Assembly (NCBI GenBank): GCA_002269645.1
Contig: NIVC01000064.1
Span: 248,001-312,000, forward strand
Direction: 5' to 3'
Source: Macrostomum lignano
Taxonomy: Eukaryota
Length of the DNA stretch: 64,000 nt
Every line of letters begins with the position of its first letter. Position 1 is the first letter of the stretch. The notes beneath the pieces were generated by a model, which was not told the DNA's origin, did no database searches, and was given only the letters and a program-made list of their open reading frames with translations. Made by a program: the position numbers and the translations under genes. Positions 13,840 through 26,674 of the stretch are shown piece after piece.

Positions 13840-16800
13840 CCTCTCTGCTCTCACCCTCTCACCTTCTCTGCTCTCAACTCTCTGCTCTCACCTCTCTGCT
13901 CTCACCCTCTCACCTTCTCTGCTCTCAACTCTCTGCTCTGACTCTCTGTGCTCCCACCCTCTGTGCTCTCAACTCTCACCTCTCTGCTCTCACCTGTCTG
14001 CTCTCACCTCTCTGCTCTCACCTCTCTGCTCTCACCTGTCTGCTCTCACCTCTCTGCTCTCACCTCTCTGCTCTCACCTGTCTGCTCTCACCTCTATGCT
14101 CTCACCTCTCTGCTCTCACCTCTCTGCTCTCACCTGTCTGCTCTCACCTCTATGCTCTCACCTCTATGCTCTCACCTCTGCTCTCACGTCTCTGCTCTCA
14201 CCTCTCTGCTCTCACCCTCTCACCTTCTCCATGCTCTCAACTCTCTGCTCTCACCTCTGTGCTCCCACCCTCTGTGCTCCCACCCTCTGTGCTCTCACCT
14301 CTCTCCTCTCACCTCTATGCTCTCACCTCTCTGCTCTTACCTCTATGCTTTCACCCTCTGTGCTCCCACCCTCTGTGCTCTCACCCTCTGTGCTCTCACC
14401 CTCTGTGCTCCCACCCTCTGTGCTCACATCCTCTGTGCTCTCACCCTCTGTGCTCTCACCCTCTGTGCTCTCACCCTCTGTGCTCTCACCTCTCTCCTCT
14501 CACCTCTATGCTCTCACCTCTATGCTCCCACCCTCTGTGCTCCCACCCTCTGTGCTCCCACCCTCTGTGCTCTCACCCTCTATGCTCCCACCCTCTGTGC
14601 TCCCACCCTCTGTGCTCCCACCCTCTGTGCTCTCACCCTCTATGCTCTCACCTCTATGCTCCCACCCTCTGTGCTCCCACCCTCTGTGCTCTCACCCTCT
14701 ATGCTCCCACCCTCTGTGCTCCCACCCTCTGTGCTCTCACCCTCTGTGCTCCCACCCTCTGTGCTCCCACCCTCTGTGCTCTCACCTCTCTCCTCTCACC
14801 TCTATGCTCTCACCTCTCTGCTCTTACCTCTATGCTTTCACCCTCTGTGCTCCCACCCTCTGTGCTCTCACCCTCTGTGCTCTCACCCTCTGTGCTCCCA
14901 CCCTCTGTGCTCACATCCTCTGTGCTCTCACCCTCTGTGCTCTCACCCTCTGTGCTCTCACCCTCTGTGCTCTCACCTCTCTCCTCTCACCTCTATGCTC
15001 TCACCTCTATGCTCCCACCCTCTGTGCTCCCACCCTCTGTGCTCCCACCCTCTGTGCTCTCACCCTCTATGCTCCCACCCTCTGTGCTCCCACCCTCTGT
15101 GCTCCCACCCTCTGTGCTCTCACCCTCTATGCTCTCACCTCTATGCTCCCACCCTCTGTGCTCCCACCCTCTGTGCTCTCACCCTCTATGCTCCCACCCT
15201 CTGTGCTCCCACCCTCTGTGCTCTCACCCTCTGTGCTCCCACCCTCTGTGCTCCCACCCTCTGTGCTCTCACCTCTCTCCTCTCACCTCTATGCTCTCAC
15301 CTCTCTGCTCTTACCTCTATGCTTTCACCCTCTGTGCTCCCACCCTCTGTGCTCTCACCCTCTGTGCTCTCACCCTCTGTGCTCCCACCCTCTGTGCTCA
15401 CATCCTCTGTGCTCTCACCCTCTGTGCTCTCACCCTCTGTGCTCTCACCCTCTGTGCTCTCACCTCTCTCCTCTCACCTCTATGCTCTCACCTCTATGCT
15501 CCCACCCTCTGTGCTCCCACCCTCTGTGCTCCCACCCTCTGTGCTCTCACCCTCTATGCTCCCACCCTCTGTGCTCCCACCCTCTGTGCTCCCACCCTCT
15601 GTGCTCTCACCCTCTATGCTCTCACCTCTATGCTCCCACCCTCTGTGCTCCCACCCTCTGTGCTCTCACCCTCTATGCTCCCACCCTCTGTGCTCCCACC
15701 CTCTGTGCTCTCACCCTCTGTGCTCCCACCCTCTGTGCTCCCACCCTCTGTGCTCTCACCTCTCTCCTCTCACCTCTATGCTCTCACCTCTCTGCTCTTA
15801 CCTCTATGCTTTCACCCTCTGTGCTCCCACCCTCTGTGCTCTCACCCTCTGTGCTCTCACCCTCTGTGCTCCCACCCTCTGTGCTCACATCCTCTGTGCT
15901 CTCACCCTCTGTGCTCTCACCCTCTGTGCTCTCACCCTCTGTGCTCTCACCTCTCTCCTCTCACCTCTATGCTCTCACCTCTATGCTCCCACCCTCTGTG
16001 CTCCCACCCTCTGTGCTCCCACCCTCTGTGCTCTCACCCTCTATGCTCCCACCCTCTATGCTCCCACCCTCTGTGCTCCCACCCTCTATGCTCCCACCCT
16101 CTGTGCTCCCACCCTCTGTGCTCTCACCCTCTGTGCTCTCACCTCTCTCCTCTCACCTCTATGCTCTCACCTCTATGCTCCCACCCTCTGTGCTCCCACC
16201 CTCTATGCTCCCACCCTCTGTGCTCTCACCCTCTGTGCTCTCACCCTCTGTGCTCTCACCTCTCTCCTCTCACCTCTATGCTCTCACCTCTATGCTCCCA
16301 CCCTCTGTGCTCCCACCCTCTGTGCTCCCACCCTCTGTGCTCTCACCCTCTATGCTCCCACCCTCTATGCTCCCACCCTCTGTGCTCCCACCCTCTGTGC
16401 TCTCACCCTCTATGCTCCCACCCTCTATGCTCCCACCCTCTGTGCTCCCACCCTCTATGCTCCCACCCTCTATGCTCCCACCCTCTATGCTCCCACCCTC
16501 TGTGCTCCCACCCTCTGTGCTCTCACCCTCTATGCTCCCACCCTCTATGCTCCCACCCTCTGTGCTCCCACCCTCTATGCTCCCACCCTCTGTGCTCTCA
16601 CCCTCTATGCTCCCACCCTCTATGCTCCCACCCTCTGTGCTCCTACCCTCTGTGCTCTCACCCTCTATGCTCCCACCCTCTATGCTCCCACCCTCTGTGC
16701 TCCCACCCTCTATGCTCCCACCCTCTATGCTCCCACCCTCTATGCTCCCACCCTCTGTGCTCCCACCCTCTGTGCTCTCACCCTCTATGCTCCCACCCTC

Positions 16801-16935
16801 TATGCTCCCACCCTCTGTGCTCCCACCCTCTATGCTCCCACCCTCTATGCTCCCACCCTCTATGCTCCCACCCTCTGTGCTCCCACCCTCTATGCTCCCA
16901 CCCTCTGTGCTCCCACCCTCTGTGCTCACATCCTC
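13840..16935. repeat. 15-bp minisatellite with 487-bp higher-order repeat
   Basis: Unit CTC(C/T)CACCCTCT(G/A)TG; marker variant CTCTTAC ends at 14340, 14827, 15314, 15801. Confidence 0.95.
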
Positions 16936-16972
16936 TCTGTGGGCGCCCCGTAGTCTCAGCCAATTTGTAACA

Positions 16973-17215
16973 CAGGTGGTGTTCACAAACTTTTTACCTC
17001 AAGAGCCAGATGGACAATCTAGCGCATGACTGTGGTCCAGAGGAGAGGAATGGGAGTAGAGTAGAAGAGAGAAGGGAGAGGAGATTAGAGAGAAGAGAGC
17101 TGAGAAGAGACACAAACCTTAAGCGGGCCGGATCGCCACTGTGAAGCTTCAAAAAACCCGAAGGCCGGATAGAGAGGCTTGGCGGGCTGCATGTGACCCG
17201 TGGACCGTCCTCTGA
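16973..17215. mobile_element. Degenerate hAT/Charlie-like MITE remnant
   Basis: Starts CAGGTGGTGTTCACAAACTTTTT, ends CGGGCTGCATGTGACCCGTGGACCG; shares GCCGGATAGAGAGGCTT with ~27220-27270. Confidence 0.35.
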
Positions 17216-17748
17216 CATAACATACTCCCCAATTCCCAGAAATCAAAACTTTTTCCATAAAGTCAATTGTATTGTCGCCTCAAAACGCCTCTATCGGTTG
17301 TGCTTGCGATGGGTTTCTCCGAAAAGCACATATAAACTTGTTACGGCTCCTATAAAGAAAATTGTGTGCCACATGCTACATAGCATGCAAGACTGCAAAA
17401 CATTGCACGCGTTGCGCTATTCTACTGAAGTACAAGCATAGTCAGCGCACCAAACCTGGAATTTCATGATACAAATAGCTCGTAGCTCAAGTTCGCGAAC
17501 TGTTGAGTTGTACCTTTTTGCGTCCTATTTAGCTTTTAGCTATTTACTGGTGCGCAAGGCCGTCAGCAATGGCAGAGATTTTACACAGACAAACCATAAA
17601 AAGCCATAGACAACAAAAGTCAATTTGGTTTCAGTCTGGTGGACAGAGACAGGACATGCAAAGCAAGACGGTAAAGTATACCTTTTTCGCAGTTTTGGCA
17701 AAATTAATTGCAGTTTTCAAGGAGTTGTCCGTGGCTGAAACTCTGGTC

Positions 17749-18443
17749 CAAGGACGACTTAAGTAGAAGGACGGGAAACCTCGTTTCTTAGAAAATTTTT
17801 GAAGGCACTTTTTCCCGAAAAAATACACTGCGGAGATAGGAAATTTTCATTTCTTCAGCACAAAAATTGCTATTACTTCTGATAGGAGGCAGATCCAGTG
17901 TTCATGTTTTGATATGTTGTGCCTTTTTTATTGCTCTATCGATATTTATAAAGCTTTCCGTTCAGAAAATTAGATTTCTATGTTAATTTTTTATTTTACG
18001 TATATTTTCACGCGTCTTGTGCTTGAAATACATTAGACTGCCACGGCTCGGCTCTTTGGTTTCATGAGTCTATTTTGTCATTCTTAACTGACTGTGTAGC
18101 AAATATTCGTAACAGAGATGATAAAATAGATTCATAAAACCAAATATTGGAGCTGTGTCATGCATTATTGTGATTTTCAGGTACAGGAAATATACGTAGA
18201 ATAAAAAATTAACATAGAAAGCTAATTTTCTGAACGAAAAGCCTTATAAATATCGATAGAGCAATAAAAAAGGCACAACATATCAAAAGATGAACACTGG
18301 ATCTGCCTCCTATCAAACGCAATAACAATTTTTGTGCTGAAAAAATGAAAACTTCCTATCTCCGTAGTGTATTTTTTCGGAAAAAAGTGCCTTCAAAAAT
18401 TTTCTAAGAAACGAGGTTTCCCGTCCTACTTAAGTCGTCCTTG
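17749..18443. mobile_element. Foldback MITE with ~260-bp TIRs, P-superfamily-like termini
   Basis: Arms 17749-~18010 and ~18185-18443 are reverse complements starting CAAGGACGACTTAAGTAG; perfect 8-bp TSD CTCTGGTC (17741-17748, 18444-18451). Confidence 0.9.
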
Positions 18444-19293
18444 CTCTGGTCATGACTGAGCAGACTTGGCATAGACAGCAAAATTATAAGTGATATTTTT
18501 CCGCGGGCAAAATTGATAGCAGTTTTGGCAAACTAGATCGCAAAAAGGTACAAAAGCAAATGCAGGATTGAAGCCTAACGAACACCCAAGTAAAGAAGAT
18601 CTGGAGAGTGACAGCGTTGCAGGGAGGAAACGCCGCTAAGTCCGTGTCTATAAGGTTGGGTTAGGCCATAGACATTTGAATGCGAAGACAACACACGAAC
18701 ATTAAAATCTTATGCTTTCATTACATTTGAGTGTCGTGACAAGGGCAATTCAATAAAGTTTTTCTCAGTTTTTGGCACAATAGCTACAGCCGTCCCCCTA
18801 TCCGCCGTGGTCATCATGCAATGTACAGTCAAACTGTTAAACTAATCGATTCCCAACACGGTTTAGCTGCTTTTTAGAGCATTTTTTACTACAGCAGGCA
18901 AATTACAGCCTATCTGTGGCTAATTAGCGTAGACCCAATCCAACTTATAGCCTATTCAATCATTCAACAATGTCCCGCGCGTTTTGAGGTGAGCGACAAT
19001 GGCTCTATCATCGCGTGTGTGTTTTCAACTAAGACGAGTTTTGTATCCGTTGGTAACGCATCTACCTCTATTACCTCCCTGTCTGCCTCAGTAGCCACTC
19101 TCTCACATCCAACGCAGACCAATCCAAATCAATCTATTGGATTTATTATTAATATAAACCTTGCGCTTGAGACCCTACTGCAGTTAACGGCATTTAATAA
19201 CACAGACTAACCCACTGTCCCGATCCCGCAACAGAAAAATTCGATTCCAATTTTGAAATCAATTATAATAAAAGTAAGTGCTTTATTACTATT

Positions 19294-19835
19294 CCTTTTT
19301 ACGTTCTATTTGATAAAAACTGCAACCAATTTGGCCACGGCTCAGCCTGACGCAGCCGCAGCAATTTTCCATAGACAGCCACCGCTAGCGGCAACCAATT
19401 TGGTAAAAACTGCGAGCTATTTTGCCAGCTTGAAGATAGCAGGTCAATAGCATAACAATAACGATAAAGAATGTTAACAATACATGCACGAAGTCAGAAC
19501 ATTATGTCCTCAGCATTCAAGCACCGATTGAAGTACGTCTGGGAATGGTTGATCCAGCGCAGGCACTTGAGAGGCGTGATGCCAAGCTGCCAAGCTCTCC
19601 CCAGTCGTCGCCACTCCTGTACGCTCTCACGATTCGCTCTCGATCCAGCTGACTTATCTTTTGGTACGGCCCACGATTCGCCATCAGAGCAGCTGCTATC
19701 TGGCAAAATAGCTCGCAGTTTTTACCAGATTGGTTGCCGCTAGCGGTGGCTGTCTATGGAAAATTCTATGTCTATGGTCAGGCTGAGCCGTGGCCAAATT
19801 GGTTGCAGTTTTTATCAAATTAGAACGTAAAAAGG
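19294..19835. mobile_element. MITE with long (~140 bp) imperfect TIRs
   Basis: CCTTTTTACGTTCTATTTGATAAAAACTGCAACCAATTTGGCCACGGCTCAGCCTGAC... is mirrored at ~19690-19835; inner CATAGAC/GTCTATG motifs; TSD unclear. Confidence 0.8.
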
Positions 19836-20508
19836 TATAATTTGTTTACATACACTAATTAGCTAGGCTAATACAGCTGGGAAATTTGGTACTTTTCCGT
19901 AGACAATGGAGAGATGACACACACACACGGCTTTTTGAGTGCAGGAACGTTTTTTTGTTGTTACCAACGCCACATAATGTTGCCGTACGCTTCTATGGTA
20001 AAAACAAGCATTAATACTCAGTGAAATCGTTATAGGTAATGAAAAAGCTTTCAGTGAAACTCCAGCATTTGTACAGCCTTTTGCGATCTAGTTTAGACTG
20101 TGGCTTTCAATGTTAACATAAGAGTTTTTTTTCATCAAAGCAGCAAACATACATTCAGGTCACGTATACTTCAACAAACTGTCAATCCAGTATCTCGCCG
20201 CCTGCAGGCTGCACATTCAAGCTACATGTACATGTAGGTTTTAACATTAAAGTTTTAAAAATCAAATTTTGTTTAAGAATAGCAAAACATTCGTCCATTG
20301 CGCTCAATACTTATTGCATTCAATGATAAAAAATTAGACAAAAAATAGAAGCCAGCTAGCAGTCTAAACTACCACCGCAAAATGCTACATAATACTTTTA
20401 GCTGGCTAGATATGCGACGTGAAAAACTGAAGCTCAGTTTATGACCCTGCATCGATTCCATCCGCATGTCCCCCGCCCGCCCGCCCATCCGTGTATTCCA
20501 CAGAGACA

Positions 20509-23500
20509 ATGCGGAATCCACTGCCATCACTCTGGCTATCGATTGCTCTCGCAGCGGTGCTGGGCACATCCGGGGTCCACAGCTACCCCAGCTTCACCTA
20601 TAGCTACGTTGGCTGCTACACCGACAGCGGGTCTAACAGAGACATCACTGGCTTAGGCGGAATCTCCCAGCTGGGCAGTTTTCCAGCAAGTCTCTTTTAC
20701 ACTTTTCATGCTGTTTTGTAGACCAATGCTAAGTAAAATGTGGCCCCCTAATCGACTAACAAAAGCACACGATTTTTAGTGCCGGTGCCCAGAAAGAGAA
20801 ATGAAATGGCGCCACCTCACAAATGAAATGGCGCCACCTCTCAAATCAAACGGCGCCCTCTCAAATGAAATGGCGCCTCTTTTATAATGAAATTGCGCCG
20901 GCGCCCATTTTCAAAAGAAATGGCGCTCCCCACTCAAATAAAATGGCGCCACCTCACAAATGAAATGGCGCTCCCTACTCAAATGAAATGGCGCCCCTCT
21001 CAAATGAAATGGCGCCACCTTACAAATAAAATGGCGCCACCTCACAAATGAAATGGTGCCCCTCTCAAATGAAATGGCGCCACCTTACAAATAAAATGGC
21101 GCCACCTCACAAATGAAATGGCGCCCCCTCTCAAATGAAATGGTGCCCCTCTCAAATCAAACGACGCCCTCTCAAATGAAATGGCGCCTCTTTTCTAATG
21201 AAATTGCGCCGGCGCCCATTTTCAAAAGAAATGGCGCTCCCTACTCAAATGAAATGGCGCCCCTCTCAAATGAAATGGCACCACCTTACAAATAAAATGG
21301 CGCCACCTCAAAAATGAAATGGTGCCCCTCTCAAATGAAATGGCGCCACCTCACAAATGAAATGGCGCCCCCTCTTAAATGAAATGGCGCTCCCTACTCA
21401 AATGAAATAGCGCTCCCTACTCAAATGAAATGGCGCTCCCTACTCAAATGAAATGGCGCTCCCTACTTAAATGAAATGGCGCTCTACTTAAATAAAATGG
21501 CGCTCTACTCAAATGAAATGGCGCTCCCTACTCAAATGAAATGGCGCTCCCTACTCAAATGAAATGGCGCTCACCCTACTCAAATGAAATGGCGCTCCCT
21601 ACTCAAATGAAATGGCGCTCCCCAGTCAAATGAAATGGCGCTCCCTACTCAAATGAAATGGCGCTCCCTACTCAAATGAAATAGCGCTCCCTACTCAAAT
21701 GAAATGGCGCTCCCTACTCAAATGAAATGGCGCTCCCTACTTAAATGAAATGGCGCTCTACTTAAATGAAATGGCGCTCTACTCAAATGAAATGGCGCTC
21801 CCTACTCAAATGAAATGGCGCTCCCTACTCAAATGAAATGGCGCTCACCCTACTCAAATGAAATGGCGCTCCCTACTCAAATGAAATGGCGCTCCCTACT
21901 TAAATGAAATGGCGCTCTACTTAAATGAAATGGCGCTCTACTCAAATGAAATGGCGCTCCCTACTCAAATGAAATGGCGCTCCCTACTCAAATGAAATGG
22001 CGCTCACCCTACTCAAATGAAATGGCGCTCCCTACTCAAATGAAATGGCGCTCCCCAGTCAAATGAAATGGCGCTCCCTACTCAAATGAAATGGCGCTCC
22101 CTACTTAATTGAAATGGCGCTCCCTACTCAAATGAAATGGCGCTCCCTACTAAAATGAAATGGCGCTCCCTACTCAAATGAAACGGCGCTCCCCCCACTA
22201 TTCAAGAAGTCCTTATTTACTTTTGTTTCACTGATGCATTTTCAAACAAAATTGGTCCTTAAATCAATTAACTAACATTGTCCTGAGTAGGTGGACCCTA
22301 ACACTGGAGCGCAGTACATCTTTGACAACTCCGCAATGTCGCTGAGCCTGTGCGCTAGCGCCTGCTCGCTGGGCGGCTTCCCTTACTTCGGCGTGCAAGC
22401 CAGCGCTTTCTGCTTTTGCGGCTGGTCCTACGGATCTCTCGGTCAGGTCAGCGACGCGGATTGCAGCAGTTCCGGTGAAACTTGCAGAGGAAATCCGGCT
22501 GAAGTGTGCGGCGGTCCAAATCTGAATGCAGTCTACGCTATGCACTACGGTACGTGTCTAGAGTTGGGGAGTTGCTGAGATGCCAATTGGCTCAATGGGG
22601 AGTTGCTGAGATGCCAATTGGCTCAACGGGGAGTGGCTGAGATGCCAATTGGCTCAATGGGGAGTTGCTGAGATGCCAATTGGCTCAATGGGGAGTTGCT
22701 GAGATGCCAATTGGCTCAATGAGGAGTTGCTGAGATGCCAATTGGCTCAATGAGGAGTTGCTGAAATGCCAATTGGCTCAATGGGGGGAGTTGCTGAGAT
22801 GCCAATTGGCTCAATGGGGAGTTGCTGAGATGCCAGTTGGCTCAATGGGGGAAGTTGCTGAGATGCCAATTGGCTTAATGGGGAGTTGCTGAGATGCCAA
22901 TTGGCTCAATGGGGAGTTGCTGAGATGCCAATTGGCTCGATGGGGAGTTGCTGAGATGCCAATTGGCTCAATGGGGAGTAGCTAGGATTCCATGGCTCAA
23001 TGGAGAGTAGCTAGGATTCCATGGCTCAATGGAGAGTAGCTAGGATTCCATGGCTCAATGGGGAGTAGCTAGGATTCCATGGCTCAATGGAGAGTAGCTA
23101 GGATTCCATGGCTCAATGGAGAGTAGCTAGGATTCCATGGCTCAATGGAGAGTAGCTAGGATTCCATGGCTCAATGGAGGGTAGCTAGGATTCCATGGCT
23201 CAATGGGGAGTAGCTAGGATTCCATGGCTCAATGGGAAGTAGCTAGGATTCCATGGCTCAATGGGGAGTAGCTACTGGTAGGATTCCATGGCTCAATGGA
23301 GAGTAGCTAGGATTCCATGGCTCAATGGAGAGTAGCTAGGATTCTATGGCTCAATGGGGAGTAGCTAGGATTCCATGGCTCAATGGAGAGTAGCTAGGAT
23401 TCCATGGCTCAATGGAGAGTAGCTAGGATTCCATGGCTCAATGGGGAGTAGCTAGGATTCCATGGCTCAATGGGGAGTAGCTAGGATTCCATGGCTCAAT

Positions 23501-23967
23501 GGGGAGTAGCTAGGATTCCATGGCTCAATGGGGAGTAGCTAGGATTCCATGGCTCAATGGGGAGTAGCTAGGATTCCATGGCTCAATGGGAGTAGCTAGG
23601 ATTCCATGGCTCAATGGGGAGTAGCTAGGATTCCATGGCTCAATGGGGAGTAGCTAGGATTCCATGGCTCAACTGATTGGAGCTTCCAAAGCCCTTTTTG
23701 TCTCCTGTAGGCAGCGGCTGCAAGACATTTCGGCTGGAGGCCAGCCGACCTCAGCTGGTGGTGACCAGCTCCTACTCGAAGACCACCCACTGGACTGAAC
23801 CCGTCACCGAGGCCGCCAACTGCATTCTGAAGTGCCACTCCTCCGCCAGTAGCAACTGTCAGGCTGTGATTTTCCAGCAGCAGGCCCGGCTGTGCCACCT
23901 TCTGAAGTTCGCTCTGGTGCCGCAGGCTCTGAACACCACTGTTGGAGACTTCTACATCAGAGCCTGA
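20509..23967 (+). CDS. Secreted WSC-domain + PAN/apple-like protein, copy A, 3 exons, ~230 aa
   Basis: Exons 20509-20685 (signal peptide, YVGCYTD; GC donor GCAAGT), 22291-22549 (CASACSLGGFPYFGVQ..FCFCG..C..CGG), 23711-23967 (CILKC..CQAVIF..CHLL). Phases 0 and 1 join in frame. Confidence 0.88.
20805..22195. repeat. ~23-bp minisatellite in WSC-A intron 1
   Basis: Unit CAAATGAAATGGCGCTCCCTACT; more diverged in the 5' third. Confidence 0.95.
22562..23672. repeat. Compound 31-bp then 29-bp minisatellite in WSC-A intron 2
   Basis: GGCTCAATGGGGAGTTGCTGAGATGCCAATT to ~22975, then GGCTCAATGGGGAGTAGCTAGGATTCCAT; fills nearly the whole intron. Confidence 0.95.
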
Positions 23968-24347
23968 GAGCGGTCCTCTGCTGAAACATCTACTGAAAAT
24001 ATGCAACAGTGAACTGTCTAATTAATTAATATTTTTTGCTGAGGAAAATTAGTTCACTACATGAAAGCCAACCCCTCTGGGAACAAAGACTGTACATGCC
24101 TGATAGTTAGAAAGTCACCCTGTGCGAGTGTGCAGCGCCTGCGTATGTATCTGTGTACATGTTCAGGAGTCGGTGGAACGGCCTTGATTTGTAATTCTTA
24201 GCCCTCTGCAAACTAACTGATTGCCTTTAGTACCCAATCCCTATTTCCTTTTCGAATTGCTTACTTTAAGTCTACTGATTCATATCGTGTCTTTTCAATT
24301 AGTTTCGTGTTAGCTGCAAATTTTGCAGGATTTCTAAATTGGATAGC

Positions 24348-25230
24348 CATCTGATTGGCTAGAGAGTGGAAGGGGTTAGATTCTCCTTGATCGTCATCTG
24401 ATTGGCTAGAGAGTGGAAGGGGTTAGATTCTCCTTGATCGTCATCTGATTGGCTAGAGAGTGGAAGGGGTTAGATTCTCCTTGATCGTCATCTGATTGGC
24501 TAGAGAGTGGAAGGGGTTAGATTCTCCTTGATCGTCATCTGATTGGCTAGAGAGTGGAAGGGGTTAGATTCTCCTTGATCGTCATCTGATTGGCTAGAGA
24601 GTGGAAGGGGTTAGATTCTCCTTGATCGTCATCTGATTGGCTAGAGAGTGGAAGGGGTTAGATTCTCCTTGATCGTCATCTGATTGGCTAGAGAGTGGAA
24701 GGGGTTAGATTCTCCTTGATCGTCATCTGATTGGCTAGAGAGTGGAAGGGGTTAGATTCTCCTTGATCGTCATCTGATTGGCTAGAGAGTGGAAGGGGTT
24801 AGATTCTCCTTGATCGTCATCTGGTTGGCTAAAGAGTGCAGGAAGGGTTTAGTTTCTTCTTGTCGTCATCTGGTTGGCTAGAGAGTGCAGGAGGAGTTAG
24901 ACTTTCCTTGACCGTCATCTGGTTGGCTAAAGAGTACAGGAAGGGGTTAGACTCTTCTTGACCGTCATCTGATTGGATAGAGAGTACAGGAAGGGGTTAG
25001 ACTTTCCTTGACCGTCATCTGAATGGCTAGAGAGTACAGGAAGGGGTTAGTCTCTCCTTGACCGTCATCTGATTGGCTAGAGAGTACAGGAAGGGGTTAG
25101 TCTCTCCTTGACCGTCATCTGATTGGCTAGAGAGTACAGGAAGGGGTTAGTCTCTCCTTGACCGTCATCTGATTGGCTAGAGAGTACAGGAAGGGGTTAG
25201 TCTCTCTTTGACCGTCATCTGGTTGGTTAA
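24348..25230. repeat. 47/50-bp minisatellite with one CCAAT box per unit
   Basis: Unit CATCTGATTGGCTAGAGAGTGGAAGGGGTTAGATTCTCCTTGATCGT, switching to a 50-bp variant after ~24830. Confidence 0.95.
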
Positions 25231-26329
25231 AGAGAGTGTTAGAAAAGTATATTTTGTGTGTTAGATGTGTCGCTTTTTAAACGCTGAACTTTAACTTTTT
25301 CAATTTAAAAAGCGTCATTCTTTTTTGTGAATATTGCCAATAACTCTATAAAAGTACACTGACAAATTTAATTCCTATAAGCTCGCAGCATCGCAAACTT
25401 ATTCTCATATACTCGTATGCCTATCGATTTCATCAATTGGTTTCTAAATTCTCTTTTAAATATATATACAGTCTATCTTTTAAAGAGCTCTTCAACATAA
25501 AATTCCTTGCCTTTTCAGTCGATGCCTCGCTTCTAAAATTTTTCAATACTTTTTTGCCTTCTATGTTTCCCCTGAATGGGCACGAGAGCCTGCAGATGCT
25601 GGCAAATGTTTCCCTGGCGCTTCTGCTTTTAGACAGAGAAGACGGGAAGACACTGGCAAAGCGTGCGGCTTGCTACTTCTGCAGCGTCTCATCTTCAAGC
25701 TGCAGCCAACCTCACAGCCGTGAGACACTTTAAAAAAGAGCTTAAAAAGCAGATCGTTGCTGCTTGGCTGATTGCCTCGCGAGACAACATAATCAGTTCT
25801 CTGCGCAGTAGAACGACTGGGAAAAGTTTCGTAAGTTTGCCGATATCCTTCCTCCATCCTCCATCATTATACTAAAAATGGTCTGTCGGTAGGTATTAGG
25901 TATCTACTATCTATCTAGGTAGGTATGCGATCGATTAGAGAAAAACAGCTCAACTGATTTTCATTAGACTTGCACTGTTCGATCAGAAATTTTCCCGTGA
26001 CAGTACACGTGTCTTGGCTAAGAAATTGCCTAATGCTAAAGGGATTAAATATTCGAAATAAAAATCTTTTTTGCAAAGGTCAAGCAAACTTTTCGACTTG
26101 AAATGTATTGTAAGAATGCTAAAGAATATACCAATATTGATGATGGGCTGCAGAGGCCTCTGCAGAGGCCTCGCGCGTAAAAGAAGCCTCTCGTATAAGC
26201 ATTGCTGTGACTTCTTGGGGAGAGTTTTGAAGGTCTACGGTGAATAACTGTGATGTAAAGGCTTACGGGGAGATTTCTTAGATGTCAAGGCAAAAGTCAG
26301 AGAGGCCTTTTTTATTAGAGGCAGGGGGT

Positions 26330-26674
26330 TGTGTGCACCCTGGCGCACTTTAAGCGACATAGGCACACCACCGGCGAGAGGCATTGCTGCCCATTCCGCC
26401 GACCGCCGACTCTCCTGAGCAGGCATACAAGCGCGCGGATACGTACGCAGGCACACACTCACACAGGAGTGTACAGCGGCCCTAACTTTATTTTATCGTT
26501 AGGCATGTACACTTCACTGCGCCTTAGGGGGTTGGCTCTCAAGGCCGTTAATTGCACGAGCAGAGCCAAGCCGAGATTCCAATTCAGCCCCAAATTAATG
26601 TGACTGCACTTGGAATCGAGCCTGGGTCGCTGGCACACCAGAGCAGCTGCGCTACCGCTGGGCTACGGCCCCCC
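26330..26674 (-). mobile_element. tRNA-derived SINE
   Basis: Minus strand head GGGGGCCGTAGCCCAGCGGTAG (A box) ... GGCTCGATTCC (B box), no acceptor stem; homologous copies at 12563-12740 and 55850-56200. Confidence 0.75.

Noticed and set aside
13948-17029. 934-1001-aa ORFs in three frames
   Set aside because: 15-bp repeat artefact; the 487-bp HOR rotates the same peptide through the frames.
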